A stretch of DNA of 60,000 nt from Squalus acanthias (lineage: Eukaryota), in the NCBI GenBank assembly GCA_030390025.1, contig CM059432.1, positions 89,592,001-89,652,000 of the forward strand, in the 5' to 3' direction. The position numbers and the translations under genes are program-made. Of this stretch, positions 22,624-34,529 are shown in pieces. Under the pieces are notes generated by a model. The model worked only from the letters and a program-made list of their open reading frames with translations, had not been told where the DNA came from and ran no database searches. How positions within the stretch are numbered: the first letter of the stretch is position 1; the number at the start of each line of letters is the position of its first letter.

Positions 22624-25096
22624 AATTAGAGATGCGAGCAATAAGGGCACAGCAGTTATCATGGGTGACTTTAATCTACATATAGATTGGGCTAACCAAA
22701 TTAGTAACAATACTGTGGAGGAGGAATTCCTAGAGTGTATACGGGATGGTTTCCTGGACCAATATGTCGAGGAACCAACTAGAGATCAGGCCATCATAGA
22801 CTGGGTATTATGTAATGAGAAAGGATTAATTAGCAATCTTGTTGTGCGAGGTCCCTTGGGGAGGAGCGATCATAATATGATCGAATTCATCATTAAGATG
22901 GAGAGTGAAGTCGTTGACTCAGAGACTAGGGTCCTGAATTTAAATAAAGGAAACTACGATGGTATTAGGCGCGAGATGGCTAGGATGGATTGGGGAGCGT
23001 TACTTAAAGGGTTGACGGTGGATAGGCAATGGTAAACATTTAAAGATCGCATGGATGAACTACAGAATTTGTTCATCCCTGTTTGGCATAAAAATAAAAC
23101 AAAAAAGGTGATTCAACCGCGGCTAACAAGGGAAATTAGGGATAGCATAAGATCCAAGGAGAGTACATATAAATTGGCCAGAAAAAGCAGCAAACTTGAG
23201 GATTGGGAGCAGTTTAAGATTCAGCAAAGGAGGACAAAGGGATTAATTAAGAGGGGGTAAATAGAATATGAGAGTAAGCTTGCAGGGAACATAGAAACTG
23301 ACTGTAAAAGCTTCTATAGATATGTGAAGAGAAAAAGTTTGGTGAAGTCAAGCGTAGGTCCCTTGCAGTCAGAATCAGGGGAATTTATAATGGGGAACAA
23401 AGAAATGGCAATCCAATTAAATACATACTTTGGTTCTGTCTTCACAAAGGAGGACACAAATAAACTCCTAGAGATGTCGGGGAACATAGGGGCTAATGAG
23501 AGGGAGGAATTGAATGAAATCAGTATTTGTAGGGAAATGGTGTTCGGGAAATTGATGGGATTGAAGGCCGATAAATCCCCAGGGCCTGATAATCTACATC
23601 CTAGGTTACTTAAGGAAGTGGCCCTAGAAATAGTAGATGCATTGCTGGTCATCTTTCAAAATTCTATAGACTCGGGAACAGTTCCCATGGATTGGAGGGT
23701 AGCTAATGTAACCCCACTATTTAAAAAAGGTGGTAGAGAAAAAACGGGGAATTATAAGCCTGACATTGGTAGTGGGCAAAATGCTGGAGTCCATTATAAA
23801 AGATGTAATAGCAGAGCACTTGGAAAACAGTGACAGGATCGGACAAAGTCAACATGGATTTACAAAAGGGAAATCATGCCTGACTAATCTATAGGAATTT
23901 TTTGAGGATGTAACTGATAGAATAGATAAGGGAGAACCAGTGGATGTGATGTATTTGGACTTTCAGAAGGCTTTCGATAAGGTCCCGCATAAGAGATTAG
24001 CGTGCAAAGTTAAAGCACATGGGATTGGGGGTAAGGTACTGACTTGGATAGAGAACTGGTTGGCAGACAGGAAGCAAAGAGTTGGAATAAACGGGTCTTT
24101 TTCTGAGTGGCAGGCAGTGACTAGTAGGGTACCGCAGGGATCGGTGCTAGGACCCCAGCTATTCATAATATATATTAACAATCTAGATGAGGGAACTAGA
24201 TGTAATATCTCTAAGTTTGCAGACGACACAAAGCTGGGTTGGCGTGTGTGCTGTGAGGAGGATGCAGAGAAACTCCAGTATGATTTGGACAGGTTGGGTG
24301 ATTGGGCAGATGCAGTATGCGAGGTTATCTACTTTGGTGGCAAAAACAGGAAGACAGATTATTATCTGAACAGCAATAGATTGGGAAAAGGGGAAGTGCA
24401 ACAAGATCTGGGAGTCCTTGTGCACCAGTCGCTGAAGGTAAGCATGCAGGTGTAGCAGGCGGTTAAGAAGGCAAATGGTATGTTGGCCTTCATAGCGAAA
24501 GGATTCGAGTACAGGAGCAAGGATGTCTTGCTGCAGTTGTACAGGGCCTTGGTAAGACCTCACCTTGAGTATTGTGTGCAGTTGTGGTCGCCTTATCTGA
24601 GGAAGGATGTTCTTGCCATGGAGGGAGTGCAGCGAAGATTTACCAGACTGATACCTGGGATGGCAGGAATGACATATGAAGAGAGATTGGGTCGATTAGG
24701 CTTATATTCGCTAGAGTTTAGAAGAATGAGAGGGGATCTCATTGAAACTTATAAAATTCTAACAGGACTAGACAGACTAGATGCAGGAAGGCTGTTCCCG
24801 ATGGCGGGGGAGTCCAGAACCAGGGGTCACAGTCTAAGGATAAGGGGTAAGCCATTTAGGACTGAGATGAGAAGGAATTTCTTCACCCAGAGAGTGGTGA
24901 ACCTGTGGAATTCTCTACCACAGAAGGCAGTTGAGGCCAATTCATTAAATATATTCAAGAAGGAGTTAGATATATTTCTTAAGGCTAAAGGGATCAAAGG
25001 ATATGGGGAGAAAGCAGGGACAGGATGATCAGCCATGATCTCAGTAAATGGCGGAGCAGGCTCGAGGAGCTGAATGGCCTACTCCTATCTTCTATG
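22624..25096 (+). mobile_element. Young CR1 LINE, 5'-truncated in the endonuclease domain, ORF2 fragmented
   Basis: Consecutive ORFs MGDFN..., KSPGPD, DFQKAFDKVPH, PQGSVLGP, KFADDTK, YEERLGRLG; TSD AATGA (22619-22623, 25097-25101). Confidence 0.95.
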
Positions 25097-25510
25097 AATG
25101 ACCTTCCCTCCATCTTAGGATCAGGATTGGAGCTGTTTGCTGATGATTCCACAGTGTTATGATTCATTCACAACTCCTCAGGTAATGAAGCAGCCCATGC
25201 CAGCCTACAACAGGACCTGCATAAAATGCAGTCTTGAGCTAACAAGCAGCAGGTAACATTTATGCCACTTAAGTGGCAGCTAATGATCATCTTGAACAAT
25301 AGAAAGCCCAGACATCTGCCCTTGATCTTCAATGGTGCCACCATTGCCGAGTCCCCCACTATCAACAGCTTGGGTGTCACCATTAACTAGACGCTTAACC
25401 AACACCGTGGCTACAAGAGAAGGGCAGAGGCTAGGTACTCTGCAACGAGTGACTCATCTCCTAACTCCTCACACCTTCTGCAAGGCTCAAGTTAAGAGTC
25501 TGATGGAATA

Positions 25511-27584
25511 GAACAACAACAACTTGTATTTATATAGCGCCTTTAACATAGTAAAACGACCCAAGGTGCTTCACAGGATTGTTATAAAACAAAATTTGAC
25601 ACCAATCCACATAAGGAGAAATAAGGGCAGATGACCAAAAGCTTGGTCAAAGAGATAGGTTTTAAGGAGCATCTTAAATGAGGCGGAGAGGTTTGGTTAG
25701 GGAAATCCAGAGCTTAGGGCCTAGGCAACTGAAGGCACGGCCACCAATGGTTGAGCGATTATAATCAGGGATGCTCAAGAGGGCAGAATTAGAGGAGCTC
25801 AGATATCTCGGGGGTTGTGGGGCTGGAGTAGATTACAGAGATAGGGAGGGGCGAGGCCATGGAGGGATTTGAAAACAAGGATGAGATTTTTAAAATTGAG
25901 GCGTTGCTTAACTGGGAGCCAATGTAGATCAGCGAGCACAGGGGAGATGGGTGAACGGGACTTGGTGTGAGTTAGGACACAGGCAGCTGAGTTTTGGATT
26001 ACCTTAAGTTTACAGAGGGTAGAACGTGGGGGGACAGCCATGGAATAGTCAATAGTTGGAATAGTCAAGTCTAGGAGGTAACAAAGTCATGGACGAGGGT
26101 TTCAGCAGAAGATGAGCAGGGTCGGAGACGGGCAATGTTACGGAGGTGAAAATAGGTGGTCTTACTTATGTCGCAGATATGTGGTCGGAAGCGCATTTGA
26201 GGATCAAATATGACTCCAAGGTTGCGAACAGTGTGTTTCAGCCTCAGACAAGGAGAAGGATGGAGTTGGTGGCTAGGAGCGGAGTTTTTGGCGGGGACCG
26301 AAAACAATGGCTTCGGTCTTCCCAATATTTAGTTGGAGGAAATTTCTGCTCATCCAATACTGGATGTCGGACAAGCAGTCTGACAATTTAGAGACAGTGG
26401 AGAGGTCGAGAGAAGTGGTGGTGAGGTAGAGCTGGGTGTTGTCAGCATACATGTGGAAACTGACGTTGTGTTTTTGGATGATGTCACCGAGGGGCAGCAT
26501 GTAGATGAGAAATAGGAAGGGGCCAAGGATAGATCCTTGTGGGACCCCAAAGGTAACAATCCAGGAGTGGGAAGAGAAGCCATTGCAGACGATTCTCTGG
26601 CTATGATTAGATAGATAAGAATGGAACCAGGCGAGTGCAGTCCCACCCAGCTGGACGATGGTGGAGAGGTGTTGGAGAAGGATGGAGTGGTCCACCGTGT
26701 CAAAGGCTGCAGACAAGTCAAGAAGGATGAGGAGAGATAGTTTACCTTTGTCACAGTCACATTTGTGACTTTGATAAGAGCCACTTCGGTACTGTGGCTG
26801 GGGCGGAAACCTGATTGGAGGGATTCAAACATGGGCACGGATTTGGGAGGCGACAGCACATTCAAGGACTTGAGAGGAAAGGGAGGTTGGAGATGGGGCA
26901 GTTGTTTGCAAGGATGGAGGGGTCAATGTTTGGTTTTTTGAAGAGCGGGGTGATGATAGCAGATTTGAAGGAGAGCAGGACAGTGCCTGAGGTGAGAGAA
27001 CCATTAACAATATCAACTAACATGGGAGCCAGAAAATGAAGTTGGGTGGTCAGCAGTTTCGTGGGAATAGGGTTGAGGGAGCAGGAAGTGGGTCACATGG
27101 ACAAGATGAGCACGATGAAGGCATGAGTGGAGATTGGAGAGAAACTGGAGAAAGATGCGAGTTCAGGGCTAAGGCAGGGGCACCTTAGAGGAAGTTTGGT
27201 CCGGTGGGCTCAGGGAAGGAAGGGAAGTGGCAGAGGCAGCTGATTGGATGGTCTCAATCTTAGAGACAAAGAAGTCCATGAGCTCCTCGCACTTGTTGTT
27301 GGAGGTAGGGTAGAGGAGACGGGGGAGAGGGGTTTAAGAAGCCATTTTGCAGTAGAGAAAAGAAGCCAGGGTTATAAGAAAATAAGAATTAGGAGCATTA
27401 GTAAGCCATACGGCTTTGCTTTCCAGAATGATCCTGGAATAGTGAGCAGTTTTGGCAGACGAGAGCAGGACCTGATAATGCTTTACGTGGTGCAGCCATA
27501 TCTGGCGGTGAATGGTTAAACCAGTTGTCCACCATATCCATTCAGGTCTGCATCCCTTGGACTTAAGGGAGCGAAGATGAGGGC
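25511..27584 (-). mobile_element. L2 LINE, 5'-truncated
   Basis: ORFs SAAFDTVDH...GVPQGSILGP...YADNTQLY, LQSGFRPSHSTE, QNSAACVL...LHWLPV; 3' tail GCGCTATATAAATACAAG(TTG)n. Confidence 0.92.
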
Positions 27585-27748
27585 TACCACTACTTACCTG
27601 GATGGGTACAGTGGCAACAACAATCACAAAGCTCAGCATCACCCAGGACAAGCCAATTCACTTGATCAGTGCCCCTGCCCATAAAACAGCTGCAATGAGG
27701 TCTAATTTCTAACCCTATAGCTTCCAAAGCTGCCATTTAAATGCTATC

Positions 27749-28125
27749 TTGGTCGCACTCTCACCTCTGAGTCAGAAGGTTATGGGTTCAAGCCCCACTG
27801 AGGGAGAGCTGCATTGTTGGAGGTGCTGTCTTTCGGATGAAACGTTACACCGAGGTCCCGTCAGCCCTCTCAGGTGGGCATAAAATGTCCCATGGCACTA
27901 TTTCAAAGTAGAGCAGGGGAGTTCTAGCCAACATTTATCAAAACAGATTATCTGGTCATTATCTCATTACTGTTTGTGGGACCTTGCTATGTGCAAATTG
28001 GCTGCCGGGTTTCCTACATTACAACAGAGTCTACGCTTCAAAAGTACTTCATTGGCTGTAAAGGGTTTTGGGACGTCCTGAGGTTGTGTAAGGCGCTATA
28101 TAAATGTAAGTTTTTCCTTCTTTCT
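27749..28125 (+). mobile_element. tRNA-derived Deu-domain SINE
   Basis: Head CTCTGAGTCAGAAGGTTATGGGTTCAAGCCCC; homologous to 12737-13193; L2-like tail. Confidence 0.8.
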
Positions 28126-28261
28126 ATTAAAGCTTGAGAGCTTCTATCAATGGGCATGCTTGTATGAGTGATACTGTAAGATGATTTAGAGGAATGATAA
28201 CAGCAGACTTTTAGGACACCTGAAAAGGAAAAGATTGTGAGGGGCAATATGTATTGAGGTA

Positions 28262-28650
28262 CAGCGTCGACAGCGGGGGAGGAGGAGCCTTTCTTTCTCT
28301 CTCCCACAGAGCGGTCGGCAGCGGGGAAGGAGGAGCGGACCTGGTTGGAGCGGCGGGAGCGGCGGCGAGTCAATAAAGGGAGGCCCGAGGCTCAGGTAGG
28401 CCTCAGACCAGCGTCGACAGCGGGGGAGGAGGAGCCTTTCTTTCTCTCTCCCACAGAGCGGTCGGCAGCGGGGAAGGAGGAGCGGACCTGGTTGGAGCGG
28501 CGGGAGCAGCGGCGAGTCAATAAAGGGAGGCCCGAGGCTCAGGTAGGCCTCAGACCAGCGTCGACAGCGGGGGAGGAGGAGCCTTTCTTTCTCTCTCCCA
28601 CAGAGCGGTCGGCAGCGGGGAAGGAGGAGCGGACCTGGTTGGAGCGGCGG
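28262..28650 (+). repeat. 147-bp GC-rich tandem repeat, about 2.6 copies, at the CR1 5' end
   Basis: CAGCGTCGACAGCGGGGGA starts at 28262, 28409 and 28556; one mismatch seen between units. Confidence 0.95.
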
Positions 28651-28732
28651 AGGCCTGAGGTGAGTCATTAAACTCACCTACGTGGCCTTTTTCCCCAGCG
28701 GGGAAAGAGCTTCGCGGGCTTTTTCAAAGGCA

Positions 28733-28766
28733 GGGGGCGGGGCCAATTCATTGGTACCCGTATATA
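28733..28766 (+). promoter_or_regulatory. Candidate Pol II core promoter in the CR1 5' region (GC box, CCAAT, inverted CCAAT, TATA-like)
   Basis: GGGGGCGGGGC (28733), CCAAT (28743), ATTGG (28750), TATATA (28761), about 200 bp upstream of ORF1. Confidence 0.45.
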
Positions 28767-28957
28767 GGTGGAGCGGTTGCTAAACCCGAGACACTACACT
28801 AGTAGTGACTCCCACCCTCCCACCTCCTCTAACCTTTAGGGGTAGAGGGAATTTAAAAGGTAGGTTCGATTTTATCTTGTGTTTTCAGGGACTTAACTCC
28901 TGGACCTAAGATAAATAAGTTAAAATTTTAGTAATAAAGTAACATAAGGGTTAAGTC

Positions 28958-29902
28958 ATGACAGGAAGTCTCGGACCCGTTTCATGCTCCTCCTGTGCCA
29001 TGTGGGAAACCAGGGACACTTCCAGTGTCCCTGACAACTACGTGTGCGGGAAGTGTGTCCAGCTGCAGCTCCTGACAGCCCGCATGGCGGTGCTGGAGCT
29101 GCGGGTGGACTCACTCTGGAGCATGCACGATGCCGAGAACTCGGTGAATCGCTCATTTAGTGAGTTGTCCACACCGCAGGTAAAGGCTAGGACAGACAGT
29201 GAATGGGTGACCAAGAAGCAGGGCAATATCAGGAAGGTAGTGCAGGAGTCCCCTGTGGTCATCTCCCTCCAAAACAGGTATGCCGCTTTGGATACTGTTG
29301 GGGGAGATGGCCTACCAGGGGAAGGCACCAGCAGCCAGGTTCATGGCACCATGGCTGGCTCTGCTGCACAGCAGGGCGGGAAAAAGAGTGGTAGGGCTAT
29401 AGTGATAGGGGACTCAATTGTAAGGGGAATAGACAGGAGTTTCTGTGGCCGCAACCGAGATTCCAGGATGGTATGTTGCCTCCCTGGTGCAAGAGTCAAG
29501 GATGTCTCGGAGCGGCTGCAGAACATTCTGAAGAGGGAGGGTGAACAGTCAGCTGTCGTGGTGCATGTAGGTACCAACGATATAGGTAAAAAGCGGGAAG
29601 AGGTCCTACAAGCAGAATTTAGGGAGCTAGGAGCTAAATTAAAAAGTAGGACCTCTAAGGTAGTAATCTCTGGATTGCTACCAGGGCCATGTGCTAATCA
29701 GAATAGAGAGAGCAGGATAGTGAGATTGAATACGTGGCTTGAGCAGTGGTGCAGGAGGGAGGGATTCAAATTCCTGAGGCATTGGAACCAGTTCTGGGGG
29801 AAGTGGGACCTGTACAAAAGGGATGGTCTACACTTGGGCAGGACGGGAACCGATGTCCTCGGGGTAATATTTGCTAAAGCAGTTCGGGAGGATTTAAACT
29901 AA
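28958..29902 (+). CDS. CR1 ORF1p: zinc finger/leucine zipper plus SGNH esterase domain, intact
   Basis: CxxC...CxxC followed by heptad leucines; VIGDSIVR, PGA, VHVGTND and DGLHL esterase blocks. Confidence 0.93.
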   Translation: MTGSLGPVSCSSCAMWETRDTSSVPDNYVCGKCVQLQLLTARMAVLELRVDSLWSMHDAENSVNRSFSELSTPQVKARTDSEWVTKKQGNIRKVVQESPVVISLQNRYAALDTVGGDGLPGEGTSSQVHGTMAGSAAQQGGKKSGRAIVIGDSIVRGIDRSFCGRNRDSRMVCCLPGARVKDVSERLQNILKREGEQSAVVVHVGTNDIGKKREEVLQAEFRELGAKLKSRTSKVVISGLLPGPCANQNRESRIVRLNTWLEQWCRREGFKFLRHWNQFWGKWDLYKRDGLHLGRTGTDVLGVIFAKAVREDLN

Positions 29903-29949
29903 TATGGCAGGGGAATGGGAACCTATGTAGCGAAACAGGGGGAAGTAAT

Positions 29950-32884
29950 ATGCAGTCAGAAACAAATGTTAGAAGGGTGAGAAACAATAGGGGAAGGCCG
30001 AGTAAACAAAGGCAAGAAACACAAAGGGCCATACTAAATCATAAGTCTAAAAGGACAAAGGATGTTAATAAAACAAGCCTAAAGGCTCTGTGTCTTAATG
30101 CAAGGAGTATCCGTAATAAGGTGGATGAATTGACTGTACAAATAGATGTTAACGGATACGATGTGATTGGGATTACAGAGACGTGGCTCCAGAACAATCA
30201 ATGCTGGGAACTGAACATCCAGGGGTATTCAACATTCAGAAAGGATAGAATAAAAGGAAAAGGGGGAGGGGTAGCATTGCTGGTTAAAGAGGAGATTAAT
30301 GCAATAGCTAGGAAGGACATCAGCTTGGAGGATGTGGAATCAATATGGGTTGAGCTGCAGAACACCAAAGGGCAGAAAACGTTAGTGGCAGTTGTGTACA
30401 GACCTCCAAACAGCAGTAGTGAGGTGGGAGAGGGTATGAAACAGGAAATCAGAGGTGCGTGCAAAAAAGGCACGGCAGTTATCATGGGTGACTTTAATAT
30501 GCATATAGATTGGACTACTCAAACTGGAAGCAATACGGTGGAGGAGGATTTCCTGGAGTGTTTAAGGGATGGTTTCCTAAACCAATATGTTGAGGAACCA
30601 ACTCGAGGGGAGGCCATCCTGGACTGGGTGTTGTGTAATGAGGAAGGACTAATCAGCAATCTTGTGGTACGAGGCCCCCTGGGGAAGAGTGACCATAGTA
30701 TGGTGGAGTTCTACATTAGGATGGAGAAGGAAACAGTTAAGTCAGAGACCATGGTCCAGAACTTAAATAAGGGCAACTTTGAGGGTATGAGGCGTGAATT
30801 GGCGAGGTTAAATTGGCAAGCGATATTTAAGGGGCTATCAGTGGAAGGGCAATGGCAGACATTTAGAGATTGCATGGATGAACTACAACAATTGTACATC
30901 CCGGTCTGGCGGAAAAATAAAAAAGGGAAGGTGGCTCAACCATGGCTAACAAGGGAAATCAGGGATAGTATTAAAACCAAGGAAGTTGCATACAAATTGG
31001 ACAGAAGTAGCAGCAAACCCGGGGACTGGGAGAACTTCAAAACTCAGCAGAGGAGGACGAAGGGTTTGATTAGGGCAGGGAAAATAAAATATGAAAGGAA
31101 GCTTGCAGAGAACATTAAAATGGACTGCAAAAGCTTCTATAAATATGTAAAAAGAAAGAGGTTAGTAAAAACTAACGTAGGTCCCCTGCAGTCGGAAACA
31201 GGGGAAGTCGTAATGGGGAACAAGGAAATGGCAGATCAATTGAACAAGTACTTTGGTTCGGTGTTTACTGTGGAGGACACACACAACCTGCCGGAAATAA
31301 AAGGGGTCAGAGGATCTGGTAAGAGGGAGGAGCTGAGGGAAATCCTTATTAGTCGGGAAAAGGTATTGGGGAAATTGATGGGACTGAAGGCTGAAAAATC
31401 CCCGGGGCCTGATGGTCTGCATCCCAGAGTACTTAAGGAGGTGGCCTTGGAAATAGTGGATGCATTGACGATAATTTTCCAACATTCCTTAGACTCTGGA
31501 TCAGTTCCGATGGAGTGGAGGGTGGCCAATGTAACCCCTCTTTTTAAAAAAGGAGGGAGGGAGAAAGCAGGGAATTATAGACCGGTCAGCCTGACATCGG
31601 TCGTGGGTAAAATGATGGAAGCAATTATTAAAGATGTCATAACAGACCATTTGGAAAGTGGCGACATGATAGGTCCAAGTCAGCATGGATTTGTGAAAGG
31701 GAAATCATGCTTGACAAATCTTCTGGAATTTTTTGAGGATGTTTCCAATAGGGTGGACAGGGGGGAACCAGTAGATGTGGTGTATTTGGACTTTCAGAAG
31801 GCCTTCGACAAGGTCCCACACAAGAGATTGGTGAGCAAAGTTAAAGCACATGGGATTGGGGGTAATGTGTTGACGTGGATTCAGAACTGGTTGGCACACA
31901 GGAAACAAAGAGTAGGAGTAAATGGGTACTTTTCAGAATGGCAGGCAGTGACCAGCGGGGTACCGCAGGGTTCGGTGCTGGGACCCCAGCTGTTTACATT
32001 ATATATTAATGATTTGGACGAAGGGATTAAATGTAATATCTCCAAATTTGCGGATGACACTAAATTGGGAGGCAGTGTGAACAATGAGGAGGATGCTAGG
32101 AGGCTACAGAGTGACTTGGACAGGTTGGGTGAATGGGCAAATGTATGGCAGATGAAGTACAATGTGGATAAATGTGAGGTTATCCACTTTGGTGGTAAAA
32201 ATAGAGAGGCGGACTATTACCTGAATGGTGGCAGATTAGGGAAAGGGGAGGTGCAACGAGACCTGGGCGTCATGGTACATCAGTCACTGAAGGTGGGAAT
32301 GCAAGTGCAGCAGGCAGTCAAGAAAGCAAACGGAATGATGGCCTTCATAGTAAGGGGATTTGAGTACAGGAGTAGGGAGGTGATGCTGCAGTTGTACAGG
32401 GCCTTGGTGAGGCCACACCTGGAGTATTGTGCGCAGTTTTGGTCTCCTCACTTAAGGAAGGACATTCTTGCTATCGAGGGAGTGCAGCGAAGGTTCACTA
32501 GATTGATTCCTGGGATGGCCGGACTGACATATTAAGAAAGATTGGGTCAACTGAACTTGTATCCTCTGGAGTTCAGAAGAATGAGGGGGGATCTTAGAGA
32601 CATTTAAAATCCTGACTGGTTTCGACAAATTAGATGCGGGCAGAATGTTCCCAATGTTAGGGAAAACTAGAACCAGGGGTCACAGTCTAAGGATTAAGGG
32701 GAAGCCATTTAAGACTGAGCTGAGGAGGAACTTCTTCACCCAGAGAGTGGTGAATCTATGGAATTCTCTTCCACAGAAAGTTGTTGAGGCCAGTTCGCTA
32801 AATATATTCAAAAGGGAGTTAGATATAACACTCACAACTAGGGGGATCAAGGGGTATGGCGAGAAAGCAGGAATGGGGTACTGA
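29950..32884 (+). pseudogene. CR1 ORF2p (APE endonuclease plus reverse transcriptase); open for 861 aa, then a stop at 32533-32535 and a frameshift near 32595
   Basis: LNARS, ITETW, YRPP, MGDFN, SDH, PGPDG, NYRPVSL, QHGF, PQGSVLGP, FADD; TAT TAA replaces TAT GAA (YEE). Confidence 0.95.
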
Positions 32885-33036
32885 GGTAGCATGTTCAGCC
32901 ATGAATGCATTGAATGGCGGTGCAGGCTCGAAGGACCGAATGGTCTACTCCTGTACCTATTTTCTATGTTTCTATGTTTCTATGTTACACACAAGAACAC
33001 CTCCTTGGTGAGAAGGATAGTTATCCAGTGGCCTAC

Positions 33037-33232
33037 CTTGCCCCTTCTGATGAGGTCAGTGAGCTTCTTTCAGCACCGCATCCATGTGGAGTGAGAGTTC
33101 AGCTCTTCTACTATCTGCTGCCATGAATTGCATGCAGAGGCTTTTGGGACTTTTTTTGTCCCATGTGAGTAGAGCACTACCCTCCACCTCTCCACAGCCT
33201 ATGGCAGCTCTTCCTTTTCTTGTTGCTGCCAT
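33037..33232 (-). pseudogene. Decayed Harbinger Myb/SANT exon 1 (minus strand)
   Basis: Reverse complement GCTGTGGAGAGGTGGAGGGTAGTGCTCTAC matches 5521-5550; ends KKLTDLIRRGK followed by GTAGGC, the conserved donor position. Confidence 0.6.
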
Positions 33233-33604
33233 CTTTTCCTGCCAGAGAAAACAATTATCAGTGGAATTTTAAAACCAACAAAGAGGACTTACACCAGGGC
33301 AGACTTCAATCAAGAATAGATTTAAAGCATTTTTCACAAAGCCTTCAGGCACCCTTAATTTTGAACATTTTAACACTATCAGGATCAGCCAACCACTCAC
33401 TTGCCTTCTTCCAGGAAGCCACTCAACAATAATTCTGCAGCAGTTATTTCAATGTTGCCTCTTGTTGCTCCGTCCTGCTTTAAGCAGCCTTGAGCCTTAA
33501 ATGCATTCAGATGCATCTCTGATGCCAGTTAAAGGTAGCCAGCACCTCTTAGACGGGAGGTGCACTCTGGCCGCAGACAATAGGAAGACAGCTCTGTATA
33601 CAGA

Positions 33605-34277
33605 AATGCCTGCAGCAAGTTCTGAGGGTACCCAGGTTTTCCAGCTCTGCCTTGCAGTCTGTGATGCAGGCAGTAGACAGGAGGAGGGAGATCCTGTTCC
33701 CCCCAGGGACAGAAAGCCCTCCAGGCAACAGCTCCACCGACAATGGGAAGACATGGCAAATGATGTCAATGCCAGGAGCTTAGCTCCCAAGACATGGTTG
33801 CAATGCCAAAAGAAGTCCAATGATCTCACTGGAGTTGTCAAAGTAACAATATTGTTTCTTTCTTTCTGCTCATACCTCCACCACCTCCAGCCTCACAGCA
33901 CACAATACTCACAATACTCCCATCCCCTGTTTCCCTTCAATCTCCTACAATCACTGCACCACACTTCACTACATCTCCTTCTCCTCACACTCAACACTTT
34001 TGCAACCCTCACTTCCCTACAACTCACATCTAACATTCTGGCTATTGCACCATGACAGGCACATTCTCTAAGCACCTCACAAGAATGTCACTAATACACG
34101 CCCTTCTTTCTTTTAAAGGAAGATCGTCCACAACTCCAGACAGCACGTGGCCAGCGGAGGAGGCCAAGCTCGCCTGCACACCGCCTCCCCACTCGAAGAA
34201 AGTGTGCTGGTCATCACAGGCCGGGCCAGAGACATGGCCACGATGACAGGGGATGCTGGAGGAGACGTTGTGCAGGG
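33605..34277 (+). pseudogene. Older Harbinger Myb/SANT gene, exons 1-2
   Basis: PRFSSSALQSVMQAVDRRREILF...QWEDMA...QCQKKSNDL.GVVK then GTAAC (33843); acceptor at 34118; KIVHNSRQHVASGGG. Confidence 0.75.
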
Positions 34278-34529
34278 TTTATTCGTCCCTTATCCTCTTT
34301 TTCCCTTATTACTTCTATCTCACCCTACACACTTTGATAAATTTGAAAAGTTTGTTTTTTGTTCTGGATTTAGTGTTTATATTTGTAGTAAATTGGGGGC
34401 AAGACCCAAAGGCTGGACTAATGGTGGTAGTAAGGATTACGGCACTGTTGGTGTATTGGGGGATGGGAAGAATTGGTTCACGTGAAGTGCTCTTCAATGA
34501 GTTGCTGTCTGAGAGCTTTGGCAGCTAGG

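Larger units (their letters stand above)
21450..27680 (+). mobile_element. Old decayed CR1-clade LINE in three pieces (about 21450-22623, 25097-25510, 27585-27680)
   Basis: Decayed RT motifs KQLSALDTAKA, KTCGP, NPANYRSISL, and CFIN|DLPSI...LFADDS joining across the 22624-25096 insertion; VMEY...WMG...KLSITQDK joining across the L2 insertion. Confidence 0.7.
28262..32984 (+). mobile_element. Essentially full-length CR1 LINE
   Basis: GC-rich repeated 5' region, ORF1, ORF2, 3' UTR and (TTCTATG)n tail. Confidence 0.96.

Noticed and set aside
28186..28677. Repetitive ORFs 28186-28677 (-) and 28345-28671 (+) as proteins
   Set aside because: By-products of a GC-rich 147-bp repeat whose length is divisible by three; no real ATG start or domain.
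30198..32910. Antisense ORFs within CR1 ORF2 (also at 23-25 kb and 16.6-17.4 kb)
   Set aside because: Shadow frames of the coding strand with no independent signal.
28260..32989. TACA as the TSD of the full-length CR1
   Set aside because: Only 4 bp and it overlaps ambiguous ends; could be chance.
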